From NCBI RefSeq assembly GCF_009914755.1, contig NC_060937.1: a stretch of DNA of 64,000 nt. One strand, written 5' to 3'. A program made the position numbers and the translations under genes. The stretch comes from the human T2T-CHM13v2.0 reference genome, Homo sapiens. The notes beneath the pieces were generated by a model. That model worked only from the letters and a program-made list of their open reading frames with translations, was not told where the DNA came from and ran no database searches. Below, one piece after another: positions 49,100-63,549 of this stretch; the stretch's first letter is position 1, and each line of letters opens with the position of its first letter.

Positions 49100-49402
49100 T
49101 TTTTGGTTTTGTTTTTTTGAGACAGAGTCTTGCTCTGTTGCCCAGGCTGGAGTCAGTAATATGATCTCAGCTCACTGCAACCCCTGCCTCCCAGGTTCAA
49201 ATGATTCTGGTGCCTCAACATCCCAAGTAACTGGTATTACAGGGGCGTGCCACCATGCCTAGCTTTTTTTTTTTTTTTTTTTTAGTCAAGACAGGTGTTT
49301 GCCATGTTGGCCAGGCTGGCCTGGAACTCCTGGCCTCAAGTGATCCACCCATGTCAATTTCCCAAAGTGCTGAGATTACAGGCATGGGCCACGGTGCCTG
49401 GC
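49100..49402 (-). mobile_element. Alu
   Basis: Full Alu; CATAATGTTT/TATAATGTTT flanks. Confidence 0.88.
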
Positions 49403-50571
49403 CCTGATATAATGTTTGAAAGTAATGGGTGAATAGTACATTTGAGATACTAGAGACCTATTTGTAACATTAAGTGAATGTATCTCACTCTCTTGTTTCT
49501 TTTAAGAATGTATTCTTTACCATTCTATGCAATAGCTGACATACGTGCATATTTTCTTGGGCTGTCTTCATGATATACAAATATTTGGATACATACAGAA
49601 ACATAAACCACTCATCTAAAAGCTTTTCAACCTGACACATAAACTCGGGTTATTTGAAAATGGAATAGTAAGTGTTACTGAAGAGCTTTTACTATGGTTC
49701 ACGTTTGGTAGTATATGCTAATATCCTAAAAACAAAACAAACACCAAAAATACCTTGATTTTATAATCTAACTCCTCATGTCTAAATTAATCAATAAGAT
49801 AATTTTTGTATTTTAACTGTATTATATTTTATTTTGATGCTGTGTAATTTCACAATGGATTAAATACTAGCTGATGCTCATCAGAGGTAAACTAGTGAAT
49901 TATTATCCCATTAAGATAAATTTTGTTTCTGCTAAAGTAACATCTTATTTTAAATGGAGGAATTTACTAAATCAAGTGCTAAGATTTTATTTCTGCTGCT
50001 AAATGAAAGATACATGTAAAATTCAAATACATTCCATTACTCAATCTATACTTTGTAATCATGAGAATATAGACAGCATATTTTACACAGAGCATACATA
50101 CAAAGCCTTATCTTCATCGAATTACAAGTAAAATATAGTTATGTAAATATATATACATAATTTAGATATTAAATGACAGAATTTACTTATTTACCTGTGC
50201 ATGACACAATTTGATTCTATTATTCCAGGTACAGTAACTGGTTGAAAATGGGACATGAAGTAAACTGATATTCTTAAAAGTTAACTACATCCAGTGAATT
50301 CATTTTAAAGTCTCCAAGCAAGGCAAGACCACCTTCTTAAGATGAGGAATGAGGGGTTACTTATTTTGGCCAAGTTGGCTCAATGATCTGGGGAACCAAA
50401 AACTGTATGTACATGGATAGTTGTTTTGTTCCCCCCACAAAAATTTGGGGAACCCATTATTTCCCAATTCATGCTTTTATTTTCATGTAAGAGAACAATT
50501 GATGCTCCAGAATCTAAAATTTTAATTAACCAAATACAATGTTCCTAAAGATAAACATTTCCTTAGAGTTA

Positions 50572-52200
<1,629 letters not shown>

Positions 52201-53601
52201 TGAGAAGAGGTGGAGCGAGATGGAGGATAGAATCTCAGTGACTGCGTCTCTGCAAGAATATTACATTGAACCACCGTCCAACAATCCAAGCAAGATAGTA
52301 CCTTCACAAGAGCTAAAGAAAGCAGGTGACAGATCACAGAACCGGGTTTTAGCTTAAAAACAAGAGAAAACACATTAAAGAGGATGAAAAGACCATCTTG
52401 CAGTGACTGCACTGCCCCTCCCTCAACCCCAGTCAGTGCAGTGCAGAGAATGTGTCCACCTCTTGCAGGGGGGACAAGGAAGGGTCCACGGGACTTTCCC
52501 TTGGAGCCCAGTGCCAGCTCTGCTATAGTAAAGGACAGCACTGGGCAGAACCCCATGGCCTTTGGTTCCAGGCCAGTGCCCATAGATACAGCATTTAGAC
52601 ACAACTTGGTCTAAAAGGGAATCCACTACCCTGGTGGGACAAACCTGAGTCCTGACTTGCTTCACCACCAGCTGATTCAAGTGGCCTCAGGCCCCAAATA
52701 AATTTCAGTGGCAGGCAGGCCAGAGTCACTTTGGTCCTTGGGTGAGCTCCAACAACCAACGATCTGCTGGTCTGGGAGGCTGTGGGCTTCCTATGTGACA
52801 TCAGCTGCAGTGGCCACAGGGCTGCCTGTGTTACCCCAGTCCCAACTCCAGGCAGTGCAGTGCAGAGAGAATTCCTTCTCTATGCAAGAAAGAGGAGAAC
52901 CCGGTGTCAGCCCTACCACAGTGGACACAGCGTCAGGCAGAACACTGTGGCCCTGATCCCAGGCAGGAGCTCCCAGACACCTACAGACCCCCCTGCAGGG
53001 AGAAGGGATTCTGCCACCCTGATGGGATGGACCCAAACCCTGGCCAGCTTCATCACCAGCAGACTAACCTGGCTTAGAAACCTAAATAAGTCAGCAGCAG
53101 TCAGGCAATATAGTGGCCACAGGACTCAGATAAACCCTAGTGCTGCTCTGGTCTGGGAGGCTGTGGGCTTCAGGTGTGTTGCGCCAGATGCAGTGGCCAT
53201 GAGAGTGCCCAAATCACACTTCTCCCAGATCCGCAAAGCTTGGTGCCCAGATTCCTTGCAAGGGGAAGAAGATAGACGTGAATGAAGAACTTTGCCTGAG
53301 AACCCAGGGAACCCCTCCCTTATCTTCTCCAAGTGTGTCACGGCCACCAGGTACCTCAGTCTGCAAAAGTCACTGTGAACCTGAGCTTAAGGTGCCCTCT
53401 GGTGCTGTAACAGCTGCAGTGACCACAGGCTTGGGGAACTCAACAGTCTTGAATTTCTTGGAATTTCTGGAAGACTAAAGAAGGACAACAAGCACATACA
53501 AGAACAGACTGCAAAAACTGGTATAAATACACACTTATTCAACTCCCAGGCATGAACATATGCTCAAAAGCATTAAGAACATTCAAGGAAATATAACCTC
53601 A

Positions 53602-53966
<365 letters not shown>

Positions 53967-54829
53967 AAAGATGTGAGACTCTCCAGACAGGGAAGTAAAA
54001 ATGGCTGTTTTGAGGATACTCAATGAAATTCAGATATAGAGAAGTAATTCAGAAACTTATCAAAGAAATTTAACAAAGGGAAGTAATTTAAAAAGGTGAC
54101 AGAAACCTCAAAGCTAAAAAATGCAACTGATGAACTGAAAAATGCATGAGAGGGCCTCAACAGTAGAACTAATCTCAGCACAATAAAGTTCATATATGAC
54201 AAATCCACAGCTAACATCACAATCAATGGGGAAAAGTTGAAAGATCTTCTCCTAAGATCTGGAACAAGTGTGGCTACTTTTACCACTTGTATTCATCACA
54301 GTACTAGAAGTCCTAGCTAGAGGAATTAGATAGGAGAATGCAATAAAAGGCATCCAAATTGGAAATAAAAGGAAGTCAAATTGTCTCTTTTTGCAGGTGA
54401 CATAATCATATACATATGCAGAACCCTAAAGATTCCACAAAAAACCTACTAGAAATAATAAACACATTTCATAAAGTTGCAAGATACAATATCAATATAT
54501 AAAAATGAGTAGCACACCCATGTACCAATAGTGAAACACCTAAGAAAGAAATCAAGAAAGCTATTTCATTGCAGTAGTTACCCAATGCCCCCCAAAAAAG
54601 ATACCTAGAGATAAGCTTAACAAAAAGGCGAAAGATCCCACAATTAAAACTATAAAACATAGACGCAAGATATTAAAGCAGACACAAGTAAATGTAAAGA
54701 TATCCCATGTCCAAGCACTAGAATATCGTTAAAATATCTGTATCACCCTATGTGATCTAAAGAATCAATGGAATCCATGTTAAATTAGGAAAGAGATTCT
54801 TCATAGATACAGGAAAAAAAAAAACAAAC

Positions 54830-55130
54830 GGCCGAGCATGATGGCTCACGCTTGTAATCCCAGCACTTTGGGAGGCCAAAGCGCCTGGATCACGAGGTCA
54901 GGAATTTGAGACCAGCCTGAACAAAATGGTGCAACCCCGTCTCTATTACATATACAAAAATTAGCTGTGCATGGTGGCGCACGCCTGTAATCACAGCTAC
55001 TCAGGAGGCTGAGGCAGGAGAATCGCCTGAACTCAGGAAGCAGTGCTTTCAGTGAGCCGAGATCGCGCCAATGCACTCCAGCCTGGGCGACAGAACGAGA
55101 CTCCGTCTCAAAAAAAAAAAAAAAAAAAAA
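54830..55130 (+). mobile_element. Alu nested in L1
   Basis: Full Alu with poly-A. Confidence 0.9.
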
Positions 55131-55864
55131 TCCTAAAATTCACATGGAAATGCAAAATACCTCAGATAGACAAAAGAATCTTGAATAAAAAGAAAAAAGC
55201 TGGAGGCATCACACTACCTGATTTCAAAATATACCACAAATCTAGTAACCAAAACAGCATGGTAGTGGCCAAAGAAAAAAAATAGGTAGGGGACAGACAG
55301 AGAGAGACAGACAGAGATACATAGACGAATGACAGACAGACATAGACAAATGAAACAGAATAGAGAACTCAGAAATAAATTCAAGCTTTTACAGTCAACT
55401 CTTTTAACAAAGGCACCAAAAACACACATTCGGGAAGGACAATCTCTTCAATAAACTGTGCTAGGAAAACCCAACACCCACATGTACAAGAATACATCGA
55501 GGCTGTTATCTTACCATCTACTGAAAATAAAGATTTAAATGTAGGACATGAAACTATGAAACTACTAGAGAAGAAAACAGCAAAATGCCTCATGAAATTG
55601 GTTAGGACAAGGGATTTTCAAATACACATCAAAAACACAAGCAACAAAAAGCAAAAATAGACAAAATGCAATTGCATTAAACTTAAACGCTTCTGCAAAG
55701 TAGAGAAAGCCATCAATAGAATGAAGAAACAATCCAGAGAACGGAAGAAAGTATTTGCAAACTATGCATCAGGCAAGGGGTTAATACAACACAAAATATA
55801 TAAAGAACTCAAACTACTCAAAGCAAAAATACAAATAATCTGATTTAAAACTCAGAAAAAGATC

Positions 55865-57525
55865 TACCCAAAAATTTTGTCCCCCACCTTCTTTTCTCAA
55901 CCACCTTTGGCCCCCTCCCTCTCGCCACCCTTTTTCTTCATCTAACCCAAAACATTTCTCCCACTATTTTTCCCCACTGTCATTTCGCAAAGCCTTCTCT
56001 ACTCTCCTGCTCACCACCCTTTTCGCCATCCATCTACCCAAAAACTTTTCCCCCCTCACTGGACACCCTCTTTTTCTCCCTTCTGCTCTCATTCTCCTTT
56101 TGCTCCTCCATCTACCCAACTTTTCCCTCATATTTTCCCAAGGCCTTCTCGCCATTCCTGCTGCTCGCCACCCGCTTTTCCAACCTCCATCTACCCAAAA
56201 ACTGTTTTCCCCATCGTCTTTCCCCCCTCCTCCTTGCCACCCTCTTTCCCTTCTCCATCTACGCAAAAACGTCTCCCCACCGTCTTTTCACAAAGCCTTC
56301 TCCCCACTCCTGCTCACCACCCTCTTTCTTCCTCCATCTACCCCCGCAAATTTCCCCACCGTCTTTTCACTAAGCCATCCCCGTTCCCACTCGCCCTCTT
56401 CTTTCCTCTATCCTTACCATCCTCCTTTTGCCCTCCATCTACCCCAAAACTATTTTCCCCATCGTCTTTTCCCCAACTCTTTCCCTCCTCCCTCTCGCCA
56501 CCCTCTTTTCTCCTTCCACTTGCCACCCTCTTTTCCCGCTGCGTCTACCCACATTTTACCCACCGTCTGTCTTTTCTTTCCCCACCATCTGTCTTTTCTG
56601 CCCACCATCTTTTCACAAAACCTTGTCTCCCTCCCACTCGCCATCCTCTTTTCCCCTCTCCCGCTTGCCACCCTCTTTTCCCCCTCCATGTACCGAAAAA
56701 CTTTTCTCTCCCCACTGTCTTTTCCTCACGGTCTTTTGGCAAAACCTTGTCTCCCTCTGCTTGCCACCCTCTTTTGTCCCTCCTGCTCACCACCCTCTTT
56801 TCCTCATTCCTGCCCCTCCTCTTACATGCCACCTTCCTGTCGCCCTCCATCTACCCCAAAACTATTTTTCCATCGTCGTTTTCCCAATCCTCCTTCCACT
56901 CTCCCGCTTGCCACCCTTTCTCTCCTCCATCTACCCAAAAGCTTCTCCCCCAGTTTTTTCTCCCCACTGTCTTTTCTTCCCACCGTCTTTTTGCAAAACC
57001 TTCTCCTTCCTCCTACTCGCCACCCTTTTTTCTTCTCTTGATCACCACCCTTTTTTCTCCATCTACTGAAAAAAAAGTATTTCCCCACCATCTTGTCCCC
57101 ATCGACTTTTCACAAAATCTTCTCTCCCTCCTGCTCACCACCTTCTGTCTTCCCCCTCCCTCTCTGCACCCTCTTTCTTCCTCCCACGTGCCACCCTTTC
57201 CCACCTCCATCTACCCAAAATCTTTTTACACATCTTTTCTTTCCCCAATGTCTTTCTGTTCTCCTCACCGTGTTTCTCCCCACCGTCTTTTTGCAAACCT
57301 TCTCTCCTTCCTACTTGTCCCCGTTTTCCCCCCCCCCCACCACCCTGTCTTTCCTCCTTCTACATGCCACCCTTTTTTACCCCCTAGATACCCAAAAACT
57401 TTCTTCAACCATCTTTTCCCCACCGTCTTTTTGCAATGCCTTCTCCTGCTTGCCATCCTCTTTTCCCTTTGCTGCTAGCCACCCTCTTTATCCCTCCATC
57501 TACCCAAAAACTATTTACCCACTCC
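55865..57525. repeat. Degenerate pyrimidine-rich minisatellite (~60-100 bp unit)
   Basis: More than 12 recurrences of CCATCTACCCAAAA-like anchors, each followed by CCCCACCGTCTTTT..CAAA.CCTTCTC..CTYGCCACCCTCTTTT. Confidence 0.85.
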
Positions 57526-57729
57526 TACCACTCCAGCCGAGCTGCTGTCTCTGTCACCAGCACCCACCACAGCGAGGCGAGCCGTGGTGCCACACGCTCC
57601 AGCCTCCAGCTGTGGCAAGTGACTACCCCTTCTCCTGGTCCTCTAAGCCTGGCACGGAGCAGCTGCGCAGGCAGCCACACAAGAGCCTGGAATGGCCTGA
57701 TGCCCCTTCTGCATGCCTTATACATGAGC

Positions 57730-57895
57730 TTATGCAAATGAGGTTCCTGGACTACATATTCTGATTGGATGAGAGAAAACCTCTAGGCCTATTCTGATTG
57801 GACTTTATTTTCATGCTGTGATTGGTTGTCCTAAGACTTGCTCTCATCCAATCAGAATCGAAGCTGGGAGCTCAGCTTAGAGAACAGGAAGTGGG
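57730..57895. promoter_or_regulatory. Promoter-like motif cluster: octamer, ACTACA, four CCAAT boxes, ETS site
   Basis: ATGCAAAT 57732-57739; GGACTACA 57749-57756; ATTGG x3 and CCAAT x1 between 57764 and 57852; CAGGAAGTG near 57885. Confidence 0.5.
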
Positions 57896-57999
57896 AGCCA
57901 CATACCCCGAGCTGGAGGCTTGAGCCTGTGGTATCTAGGCTCGCCTCACTGGGGTTGGTGGAGGTGATGGAGGTTGCAGCTTGGCCAGCATGGTAGAAA

Positions 58000-58430
58000 G
58001 GTGGCAGGGTAGGTGAGCTATCCAGGGATGCGCTACCCTGGGTAGGAGCACTATCAAGGTCACATTGCCGGTGGGGTATCGGGGGCATGGGTTGGCGGAG
58101 TTGGTGGGGGCTATACTGCCTGGTGGTGGGGGTGGTTGTGTGTACTAAGGGGGCTGACCGCCAGCTAGGGGGAGGGTTAGGGGTGCTATCAGCTCCTGCA
58201 CTGTCATGGCAGGGGGGCAGGTTGGGGGCACTATCTGGGCTGTCACTACCCCCAGCAAGGGCTGGTTGGGGGCACTATCCCTGGCTGCACTGCTGGGGGC
58301 AGTGGGGCAGTTTGGGGGCACTATCAGGTTTACATGCCCTGTGGCATGCTGGTGGGGGGGGCACTATTGGGGGTTGCACTGCACTGCTGCTTCTGGCAAT
58401 GGGCTACGGGGGTGGCTGCGATAGCTGTGG
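58000..58430. repeat. G-rich ~45 bp tandem repeat (reverse complement of the 27950-28750 family)
   Basis: GGGGCACTATC-like cores at about 58183, 58227, 58272, 58318, 58361. Confidence 0.75.
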
Positions 58431-60959
58431 CCTCCAAGGAAGGGGCCGTCCTCCTCTTCCCAGACTCTAGATTCTAGCGGGCAACCTCTGTTTGCTCGTG
58501 CTGGAGCGTGGCAGGCGCACAATGTTTCCTTGGGAATCCTCAGCAGGGTAAGGCCCCCACACCCGCCATGGTTCCCGGGCCTGCACCTTCTCACTGTGTT
58601 GCAGAGACAATCTGGGACCCCTGGGCACGGAGTATCGGGCACCACGGGGGAACAGGGTCCTGTGGGTGGAGGCATCAGAAACAGGAACTGGCACTTGGTT
58701 GGAGAGAGCTAGCTGGGTCTGAGTTTCTGCTTCTCCTGCTCACCAAGGAGTGCAGCCAGCGTGGGCCCAGCAGTTCCTGGCCAGCTGGACCTCGCCAGGG
58801 GCCGGTTTCAGCAAAGGCAGTCACACCCACCCCAGGTCCCAGTTGTGCCTTTGCTGAAACCAGCCCCTGCCACCCAGTGGCCAGCATGACAAGGTGAGCC
58901 TCTAACACTACCACTCCCTGCATCCTGTTCTAGGCACGTCTGGCTTTTACCACCCAGTTGCTTCGAGCCAGGAGATGGAGGAGTCATCTGTTGCACGCTG
59001 GAGGCTGGAGCCTGCAGATGGCATGGTTCTGTGGCTCACCTCGCTGCAGTTGGTGGCAGAGACAGAGACTGCAGCTTGACCAGAGTGGTGGAGTGGTAGG
59101 AGAGTGTCTGCGGGGGCCTCCTGGAGGTGGTAGGAGGCTTGTAGGGTGGGCCCGTGCATTGAGGGCAACAGCAGCGGTGGTCATGTTGGTGTTGGCATTA
59201 GTGGTGGCAGCAGCAGCAAGTCTGGGATCCGAGAAGTGGGAGTGGGAATGCTGTGGAGCCCACCGGGCCCAGCCTGGCCTGAAGTGGGGAGGCAGCTGCG
59301 GGTGCTGTACTGTGGGCCTAGGTGGCAGCAGTGGAGGCCCAGCCATGGCAAGGAGGAGTCCTCCTCCTTCTCCTGCAGAATCTGGAAGTGCCCTCCTCCT
59401 GCTGGTGCCTGGGCCAGGTGTGAGTGGCAACATTGTCTTATTCTTAGCAAAATTTAGCGGGTGACTATTGGTGTATCTTTTAGCTTGGCTTTGTTGTGAA
59501 AAGTCTTGAATTTTTTTCAAATTTCATAAATCAGGAGGGGAAATAAGGTATCATAATAGGCTTTGTAATTCCCGCACCTGTTCTTCTTCCTTGCTTTCAG
59601 TCTGTTTTTTCTTCTTCTAATCATCATCTTCTTGTTCCTCTTCATTTTCTTATGCTGCTGCTTCTGTTTCTTGTTTATATTCTTGTTTCTCCTCCTCTTG
59701 TTTTCATTATCCTAAGCAATGGCCTTAACAAACAACAAACCAAAACTGAGTTAAACATAAACTACTTGTCACCGAGTTGTATTCTTAAAATAATCAGTCC
59801 ATTACTATGCTTTAGAGATGAGGAAAAACATTGATTGCATAATTATTTGGTTACTTGAATAGCTATGCTTTCATGATCCTTTTAATGTGTTGTAAGTAGT
59901 TATTCAAGGAATCAAAAATGAAGCATCAGATAAAATATTGCTAGCAAACAGCCATTTCATCTCTCTCACATAGTCTGGAGCTATGCAAGAGTCAGGGGGG
60001 TAATTAGTTCCAATTTATGAGATCATTAAGTGAACTGTATTCCTTTCATTTTATTTCTCTGCCACCATTTTCAAGAGTATTGTCATCTGCATGAGCAAAT
60101 CTGGTTCATCACATCTTTGCAACAGGAAAAGGAAGGGAGGATCATGTGTATAATGTTTTAAGGCCAAGATTCACAACAAGAACAAAGTCTTTATTAACTT
60201 TTGCCTTCAAGAACCTGCAGTGTTGAGCCCTTTTTTATTTCTGGTATTACTACCTTTGGTATGAAATCTTTTTTTAGTGATTACTTGAAGTTTATGCATT
60301 TTATTGACTACTTTAAAGAAACAATCTATATTGCATCATTTTTCAAGCCCACAGGAATGCATAAGGTCTATAATTTTGACACCTTTTATTTTTAAGGTTA
60401 TGAGCATGTAAAATACTGTTGATATGTGTAAGGATATGTAAAAATGCCACTAGATAGCTTATGTTGAAGAGATAGTGTCTAAATTTTTGTCCAGAGTGGA
60501 TTGGTTGCAGTTTCTTAGGTGTGTTTCTCAATACATTGCCTCAATGTTTTAAAGCATATAGAAATATTAATACTATTTAACCTCATATGGTCCTTCGTAG
60601 GTTGCTTAATATTTCTACAGACTAAAGATATCACAGCCTCCATTAATATTCAGTAATATTAATAAAATTTGGGATATATAGCGTTAGAATCCAACAAATC
60701 CAGAGGAAAATTGTTAAACTATATAGCTGTAGAGCAGGAAATGAAACCCAGGTTCCAAGCTCTAAGGGGGCCATAAGCTACCATACAAGTGAATCAGTGA
60801 CTGGGCATAGAGTCAGCAAAATTACAGGATGGTTAAAAGAGAGCTGTGGAGTCTAACACTATGTAAACATAAAATTTTAAACTGCATGGTGCCTCAGTTT
60901 ATCTGTCTTTACAATGAAAGTAGTACTAAGTTTTTCTTTTTCTTCTTAGTTGTCTGAAT

Positions 60960-61380
60960 TACTTTCCTAGTCTGTCTTGTTGCCACTCTCGATGCCCACA
61001 TGAGAGGACCTGAGATAATTTCTGACAGCCTGAGACTCCATGGGAAAAACAGAAGGTGCCACAGACCCCCTTTTAGGAGAAACCTCTCTTTTCCTCATGG
61101 AATCCCAAGAACTGTAAGCAGACAGGTCCCTCTCAAAATCTAAGGCTCTACTGTTTTGCCTTGCATTACCTGATCTTGTTTGATTTGGGTGGGCATAAGA
61201 AATTAGTAGGGAGGAGAGATACAAAGAAAATTGTGGATATGAAGATGTGTTTATGGTTAGAAATGTTATGAAGAAATGTTATATGAGAGAGGATCTTGTA
61301 TGGCAAATTCTTGTCCTAAAGTAGAATGACTAATTATTTAGGAAATAGGGAAAGATAGGACAAGTCAGAAAGTTCAAGCA
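60960..61380. mobile_element. ERV1 (MER4-group) internal fragment
   Basis: GGGAAAAACAGAAGGTGCCACAGACCCC..GAAACCTCT..CCTCATGGAA.CCCAAGAA..CCCTCTCAAAATCTAAGGCTCT resembles MER4-group internal sequence. Confidence 0.5.
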
Positions 61381-61384
61381 TGTC

Positions 61385-61664
61385 ATAGAGAGTCTCCCTC
61401 TGTGATCCAGGTTGGAGTGCAGTGGCATGATCTTGACTCACAGCAACCTCCACCTCCCGGGTTCAAGCCATTCTCTTCCCTCAGCCTCCTCAGTAGCTGG
61501 ATTACAGGTACCTCCCACCACACCCAGGTAACTTTTTTGTGTTTTTTAGTAGAGAGAGTTCACCGTGTTGGCCAGGCTCATTTCGAACTCCTGACCTCAA
61601 GTGATCCAAAAGGCCTCGGCCTCCCAAAGTGCTAGGATCCCAGGTGTGAGCCACCATGCCTAGC
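61385..61664 (-). mobile_element. Alu
   Basis: Antisense Alu, tail lost. Confidence 0.85.
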
Positions 61665-61669
61665 CTCAT

Positions 61670-63250
61670 CTGATTTTATTTCAGTATTCTTTCTCTTTTC
61701 CTTAGTTTAGTTAAAGCTTGTCAATTTTGATTTTTTTTCCAAAAACCCCCAGCTCTTTTTTCCATTGACTGTATTTTTTTGTATTTTGTATTTTTTTGTT
61801 TCTATTTGTAAAATTTCTGTTCTAATCTTTCTGATAGTCTTTCTACTAATTTTAACATTTTTTTTTTGTTTTTCTCATTGCTTGAGGTGTATTGTTAGGT
61901 TGGCTATTTGAGATCTTTTTACTTTTCTGATGTAGGCATTTATAACTATGCACTTTTCCTCTTACAGCTGCTTTTGCTGCATCCCACAGGTTTTGTGATG
62001 TTGTGTTTCTCTTTTTATTTATTTCAATAAATATTTAATTTTTTTATTTCTTTTATTCATCGTTCATGAACATGTATTTTAATTTCCATATGTTTGTACA
62101 GTTTTTAAAGTTCCTCCTGTTATTGATTTCTCCTCCTATTCCACTGTGATCAGAAAAGATGCTTGATATGAATTCAGTATTTAAAAATGGGCTGTGACTT
62201 GTTATTTGGCCTAACACATAGTCTGTCCTGGAGAATAATCCATGTGCTACTCAGTAGAATGTGCATTGTGCAGTTGCAGAGTGGAAGGCTGTGTAAATGT
62301 TAGGTCCATTCCATAGAGATTACAGTTTAACTGATGATTTTTTGTCGTCTGGATGATCTGTTCATTGATGATAGTGGGGTGTTCATTATAGATTAGTGTT
62401 CAGGTACTCTATTATTGTATTGCAGTCCATCTGTCCTTTAAGGTCTGTTAATATTTGCTTCTGTGTTTAGGTGCTTGAGTGTTGGTTGCATTTGCACTTA
62501 TAATTGTGATATTGCTGTATTGATTTCTTTCTCATTATAGAATTATCTTTCTATTTTATCTAATACAAGTATAGCTACTCTTGCTTTTTTGTTTCCATTT
62601 GTATGGGATATCTTTTACCATCCCTTCATTTTCAATCTATGTATGTCTTTTTTTTAGGTGAACTGAGTTTCTTGTAGGCAGTATATAGTTGGATCTTGTC
62701 TTTAAATCCATTCAGCCACTCTGTCTTAATTGGAGAATTTAATTCATTTATATTCAAGGTTATTACAGGTAAAAACATACTACTGCCACTTATTTTCTGG
62801 TCGTTTTGCTACTCTCTTTTTTCTTCTGTTATTTCTCTCTTCATTTCTTCCTCTTTCTCTTCTCTCTCTCCTTCATTCTTTCTTCCTTTCCTTTCCTCCC
62901 TCCTTCCCTTTTTTCCTGTCTGTATTTATGGTGAGGTAATTTTCTCTGGGAGTGTGATTTAATTCCTTGCTTTTTAGGTGTCTATTACTTTTAGGGTGTC
63001 TGTTACTGAATTTTGTTTTCTGGTTACCATGAGGCTAAAGAATATCATTGTAACAAGTGATCTCAAACTGAAGAAAACTTAAGTTTGATTGCAAAGAACA
63101 AAAAAGAGAGAAACAAAAAGCTATAAACATTTATTACCCCGTAACACTATCCCCCCCAACACACACACACACGTTGACATTTGGATCTCTTCAATATCTT
63201 TTTATATTGCCTCCCAATTTAAAAATTGTTGGGTTATTATTATTTTAATA
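61670..63250 (-). mobile_element. Antisense L1M(A) ORF1/ORF2 fragment
   Basis: T-rich L1 motifs GCTTTTGCTGCATCCCACAGGTTTTG, GATCAGAAAAGATGCTTGATATG, AATCCATTCAGCCACTCTGTC. Confidence 0.8.
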
Positions 63251-63319
63251 ATTTTGTATTTTAGCCTTTTGTTATTGTTAATTGCTGTTTGCACCTTTGT
63301 TCAATAATGTCTTAATTTG

Positions 63320-63357
<38 letters not shown>

Positions 63358-63549
63358 AATTTCTTAGTGGCATGGGCATTTTCTTCACCATTGTTTTTCC
63401 AGCCTCTAGTTCCTATGGCCTAGCGAATAGAACACTTACACTAAATGCTTGTCAGATGAGTAAAAGAGCTCTTTACAGTGAGTAGATCTTAACACGTTGC
63501 TATGTGTAATTTGATTTGAAATAATTTTCCAATAATTTAACTCATTTTG

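Noticed and set aside
55964-57764. Long ORFs of 313, 414, 213 and 223 aa
   Set aside because: Pro/Ser/Phe/Leu-rich translations of the pyrimidine minisatellite; stops are absent for compositional reasons, several frames overlap and the starts are non-ATG
57852-59520. ORFs of 100-178 aa in the GC-rich block, including a Pro-rich 178 aa ORF
   Set aside because: No recognisable homology; multiple overlapping frames on both strands
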